Source of the DNA: Deltaproteobacteria bacterium
GTDB lineage: Bacteria; Myxococcota_A; UBA9160; UBA4427
Direction: 5' to 3'
Length of the DNA: 64,000 nt
Assembly: GCA_029261855.1 (NCBI GenBank)
Contig: JAJDAN010000034.1
Location: forward strand, 53,953-117,952
Within the stretch, counting starts at the first letter, position 1, and every line of letters begins with the position of its first letter. Positions 57,282-64,000 of this stretch are shown here, piece after piece. The position numbers and the translations under genes were made by a program. Under the pieces are notes generated by a model. The model was not told where the DNA came from. It saw only the letters and a list, made by a program, of their open reading frames with translations, and did no database searches.

Positions 57282-57882
57282 TCGGCTGCGCCGACGCACC
57301 AGCGCCCGGCCGCACCCGCTCGTTCCTTCTCCGGGCCCCGTCGAGCACGAGATCGACACTGCGGCGCAGCTCGGGCGCCAGGGATCCGTCGGGTGCCGCG
57401 CGCTCGAGCCACGAGCAGATCGTTCCCGAGACGGCGGCGTAGAGGATTTCCCCCAACTGACGCGCACTGAGATCGCGTCGCAGCTGACCGCCCTGCTGGC
57501 CCTCTTCGAGCAGTGCCAGCAGGGCTGCGGGCGACCCGGGCGCGGTCAACCGGGCGCGCTCCCAGGCCCGAGCGGCGAACGCCCGGTCGGCCTCGATGCG
57601 GGCGGCCAGGTCGACGCAGATCATGCGGAGGGCGGGTCGTACGCCCCGTTCCCCGATTTCCGCCGCGCGCTGGAGTGGCTCGCTCACGCAGGCGTGGGCC
57701 CAGTCACTGAGGACGGCGTCCTTCGTCGGGAAGTAGTTGAAGAACGTGGCCTCGCTGATCTCGGCCGCCTCTGCGATCTCCCGCACCTTCGTCGCCTCGA
57801 ATCCGCGCTCCCGAAACAACGCGATCGCGTTCTCAATAATGTCGAGACGGATCCTCTGCTTCTTGGCCTCTCGAAGTCCCAT
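57268..57882 (-). CDS. TetR/AcrR family transcriptional regulator
   Basis: MGLREAKK..REIAEAAEISEATFFNYFPTK. Confidence 0.92.
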   Translation of the reverse strand: MGLREAKKQRIRLDIIENAIALFRERGFEATKVREIAEAAEISEATFFNYFPTKDAVLSDWAHACVSEPLQRAAEIGERGVRPALRMICVDLAARIEADRAFAARAWERARLTAPGSPAALLALLEEGQQGGQLRRDLSARQLGEILYAAVSGTICSWLERAAPDGSLAPELRRSVDLVLDGARRRNERVRPGAGASAQPISTR

Positions 57883-57928
57883 GCAAGCCCCCCCCGGACG
57901 TGGGCTTCCTTAGCACAGCGGAATCATC

Positions 57929-57948
57929 TAACTCCAATTTTAGAGTTA
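57929..57948. promoter_or_regulatory. Candidate TetR operator
   Basis: AT-rich inverted repeat TAACTC-N8-GAGTTA upstream of tetR in a divergent region. Confidence 0.5.
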
Positions 57949-58065
57949 CTCCACTTTTCATCATTGGATGATTTTGGTGAACCGAGACGATCTGCGCGGT
58001 CAGGACGCTTGCGTTCGCGCTCACGACTCACCTGATGTAGAAGCACCGGACGGAGGCCCATCGCG

Positions 58066-58674
58066 TTGCCCACTCTCGAGTTCTTCTTCGACTGCTCCAG
58101 CCCCTGGACCTATCTCGCATTCCACGGCATCGAGGACCTCGCGGCCGACGCCGGCGCAGACCTGGTCTGGAAGCCGATCCTCGTCGGCGGGGTCTTCAAC
58201 AGCATCAACTCCAGCGTCTACGAACAGCGAGCCAACCCGACCCCGGTGAAGCTCCGCTACTACGCCAAGGACCTGCGGGACTGGGCGATCCGCGCGGGCA
58301 TCCACATCGGGTCGCCTCCGGTATTCCCCGTCAACAGCGTGAAGGCCATGCGCGGCTGCTTCGTGGCTCTCGATGCGGGCTTGCTGCCCGCCTACGCCCG
58401 CGCCGTGTTCGAGGCCTACTGGGGCGAGCTTCGCGACATCTCGCAACCCGACGTGCTGGGCCCCCTGGCGGCCGCCGCCGGACTCGATCCCGCCACGTTC
58501 TTCGAGGCGATCGAAGAGCCCACCACCAAGCAGCGCCTGCGCGACACCACCGACGAACTGATGGAGCGCGGCGGCTTCGGGTCCCCCACGATGTTCGTCG
58601 ACCGGGACGACATGTACTTCGGCAACGATCGCCTCGTCCTGGTTCGCGACGCCCTGCTGCGGGCCGCAGAGTGA
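58066..58674 (+). CDS. 2-hydroxychromene-2-carboxylate isomerase / DsbA-like (GST kappa) protein
   Basis: FFFDCSSPWTYL, FPVNS and GGFGSPTMFV..FGNDRL; TTG start with GGAGG RBS. Confidence 0.9.
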   Translation: MPTLEFFFDCSSPWTYLAFHGIEDLAADAGADLVWKPILVGGVFNSINSSVYEQRANPTPVKLRYYAKDLRDWAIRAGIHIGSPPVFPVNSVKAMRGCFVALDAGLLPAYARAVFEAYWGELRDISQPDVLGPLAAAAGLDPATFFEAIEEPTTKQRLRDTTDELMERGGFGSPTMFVDRDDMYFGNDRLVLVRDALLRAAE

Positions 58675-59513
58675 GCCTCACCCCCGTCGAGCGACTCATC
58701 GCCCGCTTCGGGCTCGAGCCCCTGGACCGCGACCTGTTCCTCGGCGACCCCGGTCCCGGGCGCGACCGACTCTTCGGCGGGCTCGTGGCCGCCCAGTCCT
58801 ACGTGGCCGCCGCACTCACGCTCGACGGCCCCGACGCCGCGGACGATCGCCCCCTTCACAGCCTGCACGCGTACTTCCTGCGCCCGGGTCGCTACGAGGT
58901 GCCGATCCGCTTCGTCGTCCACCGCATCCGCGACGGTCGCAGCTTCACCACGCGTCGGGTCGTCGCCCATCAGGGCGGCGAGGCCATCTTCAATCTCGCG
59001 GCGAGCTTCGCGCGCGTCGAAGAGGGCGTCTCCCGCCAGGACGCCGCGCCTCCGTCGGCCGACCCCGAGACCCTGCCCGAACACCGCGGCGGATTCTGGC
59101 GCTCGAAGGAGCACTCGGCCCAGAACCCCATCGAAATGCGCAGCCCGGACGGTCTGCTGGGCGAAGACGACGAGCTCCCCGCCCAGCGGATCGTGTGGAT
59201 GCGTCCGCGGGGCCCGGTTCCGGACGACTCGATGATCCACACCGCCCTGCTCGTCTACGCCAGCGACCGCAACCTGGTCAGCACCGCGGTGCGAGGGGTG
59301 GACGAGCCGCGCGAACAGTTCCGCCTCGCGAGCCTCGACCACGCGCTGTGGCTACACCGGCCCGTGCGCTTCGACGACTGGCTGCAGTTCGCGAGCGAGA
59401 GCCCGGTCGCCCACGCAGCGCGCGGCCTGATCTTCGGCTCGGTCTACCAGCGCGACGGGACGCGCATCGCGTCCGTCGCCCAGGAAGGCCTGGTGCGGCT
59501 GCGCCGGGACTGA
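58671..59513 (+). CDS. tesB: Acyl-CoA thioesterase II
   Basis: Motifs LFGGLVAAQ, HSLHAYFLRPG, RDGRSF, ASLDH and SVAQEGL. Confidence 0.9.
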   Translation: MSLTPVERLIARFGLEPLDRDLFLGDPGPGRDRLFGGLVAAQSYVAAALTLDGPDAADDRPLHSLHAYFLRPGRYEVPIRFVVHRIRDGRSFTTRRVVAHQGGEAIFNLAASFARVEEGVSRQDAAPPSADPETLPEHRGGFWRSKEHSAQNPIEMRSPDGLLGEDDELPAQRIVWMRPRGPVPDDSMIHTALLVYASDRNLVSTAVRGVDEPREQFRLASLDHALWLHRPVRFDDWLQFASESPVAHAARGLIFGSVYQRDGTRIASVAQEGLVRLRRD

Positions 59514-59530
59514 GACCCGCCAGAACCCCG

Positions 59531-62224
59531 CTATTTCTTCTCGGGCTTCGGCGCGAAGCTGGGATCCGCCACTTCGAAGACGCCGTCCTCGAGACCGCTG
59601 CGCTCGGCCAGAGTGTGGTCGTGGCAGCGGGTCGCGGCGAAGACGTCGCTCAGCACCGGCTTCACGGCTTCGAGAGTCGCTGCGTTGGCGGTGAGGGTCA
59701 GGGTGTCTACCTCGCGACCCATGGACACCTCGTGGTCGGCCTTGCACTTGTTGATGGCGGTGAACGCCGCGACGGCGAGATCGAAGCTGGCGGGATTCGC
59801 GGGCTCCGGGATACCCGCGAAATCCGCGTCGCCCGGCCACGCCGCCTTGTGGATGCTCGGCGCGTCCTTCTCGTCGGCGAATACCCACGACCACACCTCT
59901 TCCGTGATGTAGGGCAGGGTCGGCGCGAACATCCTCAGCAACACGCCGAGGCCGAGACGCAGGCCCGCGATCGCCGAGCCGCTCGCGAGCAACTCGTCCT
60001 CGCCTTCGCACTCACCGTCGGCGAAGCGCCGGGCGCGCGGCTTGGCGAGCTCGAGGTAGGTGTCGGTGAAGTGCGTCCAGAAGAAGGTCTCGGTGTTCTG
60101 GAGCACATGCGCGTAGTTGAACGCTTCGAAGTCACGCGTCGCCTGGGTGACGTGCCTGCGCAGGGCGGCCGCAAAGGCGAGGTCGAGCTCGCTGGCGACG
60201 GGCGCCACGGGCCCTTGCTGTGCCAGCACGAACTTGCCGGCGTTGAACAGCTTCGTGACCAGCCGCTTGCCGATCTTGAAGACGCCCTCGTCGAAAGCGG
60301 TGTCCACGCCCAGACGCGCGCTCGCCGCCCAGTAGCGCGTCGAATCCGCGTTGTGCTTCTCGACGAGCGGCACCGGGGTCACCACGTTGCCCTTGCTCTT
60401 CGACATCTTCTTGCGGTCCGGGTCGAGCACCCAGCCCGAAACCATCACGTGCTTCCAGGGGACCTTGTCCTCGTGCAACATCGCCTTGGCGATGGTGTAG
60501 AACGCCCAGGTGCGGATGATCTCGTGGCTCTGGGGGCGGACGTCGGCGGGGAACAGTCTGTCGTGCCGCTCCGGGTCGAGCACCCAGTGCGAGCCGATCT
60601 GGGGCGTCAGCGAGCTGGTGAACCAGGTGTCGAAGATGTCCGCCTCGGCGGTGAAGCCGCCGGGCTGGTTGCGCTGGCTCTCGTCGTAGCCCTTCGGCAG
60701 GTCGACGGTGGGGTCGACGGGCAACTGGTCCGCGTCCGCGACGACGGGGTTCTCGTAGTCGCGCTCGCCGTCGGCGTCGAGGGGATACCACACGGGGATC
60801 GGCACGCCGAAGTAGCGCTGGCGGGACAGCGACCAGTCGAGCGAGAGGTTCTCGGTCCAGTCCCGGAAGCGCGCGTGCATGAAGGACGGGTGCCAGGCGA
60901 TCTGCTCGCCCTTGGCGAGCAGCGCGTCCTTGGTGTCGAGCAGCCGCGCGAACCATTGTCGCGTGGGCAGGTATTCGAGGGGCGTGTCGCCCTGTTCGTA
61001 GAACTTGACCGGGTGCTCGATCGCTTCGAGATCCTTGCAGAGCGGCGCACCCTTGCCCGTCGCCGAGCCGGCCTCGTCCCGAAGCAGCTCGACGATGGCG
61101 TTCTGGGCCTGCTTGACCCGCTTGCCCTGGATTTCCGCGTAGTAGGCGTTCGCCTTGTCGGGCTGGAGGCTCTTGAAGCCCTCACTGCCCTCCGCGTCGA
61201 ACTGCAGCGGCATCAGACGCCCGGCGCGGCCCAGCACCTGACGCATGGCCAGACCCTGATCGCGCCACCACAGCACGTCCGTCGCGTCGCCGAAGGTGCA
61301 GACCATCAGGATGCCGGTTCCCTTTTCGGGGTCGGCGAGCTCGCTCGGAAAGATCGGTACGGGTGCGAAGAAGAGGGGCGTCACGGCGTTCTTGCCGAAG
61401 AGGTGCTTGTAGCGCTCGTCTTCCGGGTGCGCGGTCACGCCGACGCACGCGGGCAACAACTCGGGACGCGTCGTCGCGATCACGAAGCTGTCGTCGCTGC
61501 CTTCCACGCCGAACTCCACGTGGTGATAGGCGCCGGGCAGACTGCGGTCCTCGACCTCGGCCTGGGCGACGGCTGTCTGGAAGTCGACGTCCCACATGGT
61601 GGGCGCGTAGCTGGTATAGACGCGCCCCTTTTCCCAGAGATCGCGGAAGGAGTGCTGCGCCAGCGTTCGCGCGCGATCTCCGATGGTGCGGTACTCCAGG
61701 CTCCAATCGACCGAGAGCCCGACCTTCTTCCACAGGTCGAGGAACGCCTCTTCGTCGACCTCGGTGAGGCTCTCGCACGCCTCGATGAAGTTCTTCCGCG
61801 AAATCAATCGCGCGGAACTCTTCCGGTCCTTCGCACTGGCGGGCTTCAGGACGAGTCCTTCCTCGTAGGGCGTGTCCGGGTCGCAGCGCACGTGATAGAA
61901 GTTCTGGACGCGCCGCTCCGTGGGAAGCCCGTTGTCGTCCCAGCCCATCGGGTAGAAGATGTTGAAGCCCTGCATGCGCTTGTAACGCACCATCACGTCG
62001 GGCTGCGTGTACGAGAAGACGTGCCCGATGTGGAGCGAGCCCGACACCGTGGGCGGCGGCGTGTCGACCACGAAGGTCTCTTCTCGCGGCCGGCTCGGGT
62101 CGTAGGCGTGCAGTCCGTCCTGCTCCCAGCGCGCATCCCAACGGTTCTGGGCATCCGTGGGATCGAAGTGCTTGGCGATCTGGTTCGGATCGATGGCAGA
62201 CACCATCGGCCGGTCTTGACTCAT
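59531..62224 (-). CDS. valS: Valine--tRNA ligase (type 2, no C-terminal coiled-coil arm)
   Basis: Motifs DTPPPTVSGSLHIGH, GWDDNGLPTE, TTRPEL, DTWFTSS and KMSKS. Confidence 0.95.
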   Translation of the reverse strand: MSQDRPMVSAIDPNQIAKHFDPTDAQNRWDARWEQDGLHAYDPSRPREETFVVDTPPPTVSGSLHIGHVFSYTQPDVMVRYKRMQGFNIFYPMGWDDNGLPTERRVQNFYHVRCDPDTPYEEGLVLKPASAKDRKSSARLISRKNFIEACESLTEVDEEAFLDLWKKVGLSVDWSLEYRTIGDRARTLAQHSFRDLWEKGRVYTSYAPTMWDVDFQTAVAQAEVEDRSLPGAYHHVEFGVEGSDDSFVIATTRPELLPACVGVTAHPEDERYKHLFGKNAVTPLFFAPVPIFPSELADPEKGTGILMVCTFGDATDVLWWRDQGLAMRQVLGRAGRLMPLQFDAEGSEGFKSLQPDKANAYYAEIQGKRVKQAQNAIVELLRDEAGSATGKGAPLCKDLEAIEHPVKFYEQGDTPLEYLPTRQWFARLLDTKDALLAKGEQIAWHPSFMHARFRDWTENLSLDWSLSRQRYFGVPIPVWYPLDADGERDYENPVVADADQLPVDPTVDLPKGYDESQRNQPGGFTAEADIFDTWFTSSLTPQIGSHWVLDPERHDRLFPADVRPQSHEIIRTWAFYTIAKAMLHEDKVPWKHVMVSGWVLDPDRKKMSKSKGNVVTPVPLVEKHNADSTRYWAASARLGVDTAFDEGVFKIGKRLVTKLFNAGKFVLAQQGPVAPVASELDLAFAAALRRHVTQATRDFEAFNYAHVLQNTETFFWTHFTDTYLELAKPRARRFADGECEGEDELLASGSAIAGLRLGLGVLLRMFAPTLPYITEEVWSWVFADEKDAPSIHKAAWPGDADFAGIPEPANPASFDLAVAAFTAINKCKADHEVSMGREVDTLTLTANAATLEAVKPVLSDVFAATRCHDHTLAERSGLEDGVFEVADPSFAPKPEKK

Positions 62225-62377
62225 GGCTCGCTCCGGATTGGCCGGCCTCACCGGTGCGGCTGCACAGGGGGCCTTTCGGGGCCGGTTAGAATAGGAACGG
62301 GCCTCTTCGAGGGCAAGTCCCTGATTTCACAAAGGAATTCCAGGAAACAGCGAATTCGGGCTCTCCGCACCCGTTGC

Positions 62378-62406
62378 TTGCGCCATGCGCGAAGGGCCTC
62401 TAACCT
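62378..62406 (+). promoter_or_regulatory. Sigma70-type promoter candidate for the rpsN operon
   Basis: TTGCGC-N17-TAACCT, ending 24 nt upstream of the rpsN ATG. Confidence 0.5.
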
Positions 62407-62430
62407 CCCGGCCCCTCGAAGGAATCCCAA

Positions 62431-62736
62431 ATGGCAAAGAAGTCCCAGATCAACCGCGACAATCGACGCAAGCGCCTCATCAAGCGCCACGCCGAGAAGC
62501 GCGCCGAACTGCGCAAGCGCCTCAAGGACCCGAACGCGTCCTTCGAGGAAAAGCTCGAGGTCCAGGAGGCATTCTCGAAGCTGCCCCGGAACTCCTGCCC
62601 GACGCGGCTCAACCGGCGCTGCGAGATCTCCGGCCGCTCGAAGTCCTACTACCGCAAGTTCGGCATCTCGCGCATCGCGCTCCGAGAGCTCACGCTCCGC
62701 GGCCAGCTGCCCGGCATGCGAAAGTCGAGCTGGTAG
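62431..62736 (+). CDS. rpsN: 30S ribosomal protein S14 (101-aa, zinc-independent type)
   Basis: [42 protein letters not shown]. Confidence 0.96.
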   Translation: MAKKSQINRDNRRKRLIKRHAEKRAELRKRLKDPNASFEEKLEVQEAFSKLPRNSCPTRLNRRCEISGRSKSYYRKFGISRIALRELTLRGQLPGMRKSSW

Positions 62737-62745
62737 GAGCATCTG

Positions 62746-62994
62746 ATGAAGCCCGAAATCCACCCTGACTATCACTCGGTCATCTACATCGATTCGGCGA
62801 CGGGCGATGAATGGACGAGCCGCTCGACCCAGACCTCCAAGGAGACCCGCGAGGTCGACGGGGTCGAGGTTCCGGTCATCAAGCTCGAGATCTCGTCCGC
62901 CAGCCATCCGTTCTGGACCGGCAAGCTGCGCGAGCTCGATACCGACGGCAAGATCGACCGCTTCCGCAAGCGCTACGGCTCGAAGAAGAAGTAG
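62746..62994 (+). CDS. rpmE2: 50S ribosomal protein L31 type B
   Basis: MKPEIHPDY..EISSASHPFWTG..GKIDRFRKRY; contains no Cys. Confidence 0.93.
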   Translation: MKPEIHPDYHSVIYIDSATGDEWTSRSTQTSKETREVDGVEVPVIKLEISSASHPFWTGKLRELDTDGKIDRFRKRYGSKKK

Positions 62995-63006
62995 AGGAAA
63001 TCAGAG

Positions 63007-63309
63007 ATGGCACGCCGCTGCGCACTCACGGGCAAGGACACCCAGTTCGGACACAACGTGTCCCACTCGAACCGGAAGACGAATCGCCGCTTCGCGCCGA
63101 ACATCCAGTCCGTTTCGCTGCATTCCGAAGCCCTCGGCCGGGACATCACCCTGCGCATTTCGACGCGGGCCCTGCGGACCGTCACCAAGAAGGGTGGCCT
63201 CGACCGCTTCCTGCTCGATACCGACGACCTGAAGCTGCCCGAAGTGGCCATGCGACTGAAGCGCAAGGTGCGCAAGCGCCTGAGCACGCCGCGCTCGAAG
63301 AGCGCCTGA
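63007..63309 (+). CDS. rpmB: 50S ribosomal protein L28
   Basis: MARRCALTGK..GHNVSHSNRKTNRRFAPNIQ..KKGGLD. Confidence 0.95.
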   Translation: MARRCALTGKDTQFGHNVSHSNRKTNRRFAPNIQSVSLHSEALGRDITLRISTRALRTVTKKGGLDRFLLDTDDLKLPEVAMRLKRKVRKRLSTPRSKSA

Positions 63310-63335
63310 GTCCAAGCCAAACAGGCAAGGAAATC

Positions 63336-63370
63336 AACGCCCGGACGCCTCGTCCGGGCGTTCTTCGTTT
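63336..63370 (+). terminator. Rho-independent terminator
   Basis: AACGCCCGGACG-CCT-CGTCCGGGCGTT followed by CTTCGTTT, after rpmB. Confidence 0.75.
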
Positions 63371-63410
63371 GGGGCTAGCCCCGATCCGTCATGCGGATCG
63401 GGGCGCAACT

Positions 63411-63585
63411 CCCAATGCGGGCGAGACGCCGGTGTTTCGAGGGCTCGTGCCGCGTTCCGAGACCGGCCGATTGGCGCCACTTCAGTGAGGTGGTCACGCA
63501 CAGGCGAGAGGACACGCAGACGTCGTTCGTGAGGGTTCCACCGGGCTCTCCGGCACGCGGAAAGCTCGACCTTTGACGCATTGGG
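63411..63585. ncRNA. Structured intergenic RNA candidate (unassigned)
   Basis: Nested long-range complementarity: CCCAATGCG/CGCATTGGG, TCGAG/CTCGA, CCGCGT/ACGCGG and TCACG/CGTGA. Confidence 0.4.
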
Positions 63586-63697
63586 GCTAGGAGGCCGACC
63601 CAAGACTCCGTCTTGGGATCTCGGTTTCCGTCGCAAGCGGAGCCTGCGCTTCGCCAAGCTAGCTAGACTCGGACTGTCGAACTCGAGGAGGTAGGCC

Positions 63698-64000
63698 ATG
63701 TCCTTCCAAGCAAAGGTCGTCCTGATCACCGGCGCCGGCAGCGGAATGGGCCGCCTGGCCGCGCAACGGCTCAGCGCCGCGGGCGCGACGGTGGCCGGCG
63801 CAGACGTCAACGAAGAAGGGCTGCGCGAGACGGGCCGGGAATGCGAGCGCTTTCGCGCCGTGGCCCTCGACGTCACCGACGCCCGGGCGGTGGAGACCGC
63901 AGTGGCGGACATCGAGAACGACCTCGGTCCCATCGACCGCGTCATGAACGCCGCAGCCATCATGCCGACCGGGCTGATCCTCGATCAGGACGCCGGCCTC
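63698..64000 (+). CDS. SDR family oxidoreductase, 3' end outside window
   Basis: GAGGAGG RBS; MSFQAKVVLITGAGSGMG..LDVTD..NAAA. Confidence 0.88.
   Translation, partial: MSFQAKVVLITGAGSGMGRLAAQRLSAAGATVAGADVNEEGLRETGRECERFRAVALDVTDARAVETAVADIENDLGPIDRVMNAAAIMPTGLILDQDAGL

Noticed and set aside
59195-62746. 1183-aa plus-strand ORF
   Set aside because: Antisense shadow of valS, caused by high GC and codon bias; no motifs.
63492-63520. GGTCACGCACAGG resembling the 5' end of a c-di-GMP-I riboswitch
   Set aside because: Lacks the GCAAAC..GNRA..GGGACGCAAAG core and the P3 receptor; probably coincidence.
63371-63690. GGGGCT start suggesting tmRNA
   Set aside because: No 3' T-arm or acceptor end (GTTCRANTC..CCACCA) and no tag reading frame found.

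Overview
A high-GC bacterial chromosomal window of about 57 protein-coding genes. Myxococcota/deltaproteobacterial origin is inferred from the HRDVTPxN-type Ser/Thr kinase, TPR proteins and gene content. No rRNA, tRNA, CRISPR array or transposase was found. The most unusual region is an envelope/redox locus at 3.6-20.3 kb. On the minus strand nine co-directional genes encode a secreted CxxCH protein, a CxxCH + LamG lipoprotein, a Tat-exported DUF1501-like protein, and a non-canonical proton-motor module: an ExbD/MotB-like subunit, a Pro-rich TonB-like protein ending in a 4-Cys domain, a 700-aa secreted helical protein, a lipoprotein, an ExbB/TolQ-like subunit and a TPR protein. These face a divergent DsbD-TlpA-DUF4266-DUF3570-ApbE flavinylation operon whose barrel carries two SGA[S/T] motifs. 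Other notable items are an orphan secretin with a C-terminal SPOR-like domain, a TetR-coupled sphingomyelin-synthase-like enzyme, a sigma54-driven MacAB-type operon with visible enhancer sites, a CxxCxxCC-HIT fusion ORF, an N-terminally extended LolC/E, an rpsN-rpmE2-rpmB cluster, a ~67-bp MITE-like repeat in two copies with compensatory stem changes, and a ~175-nt structured intergenic RNA candidate. All product calls come from motif recognition by eye; no database searches were run.
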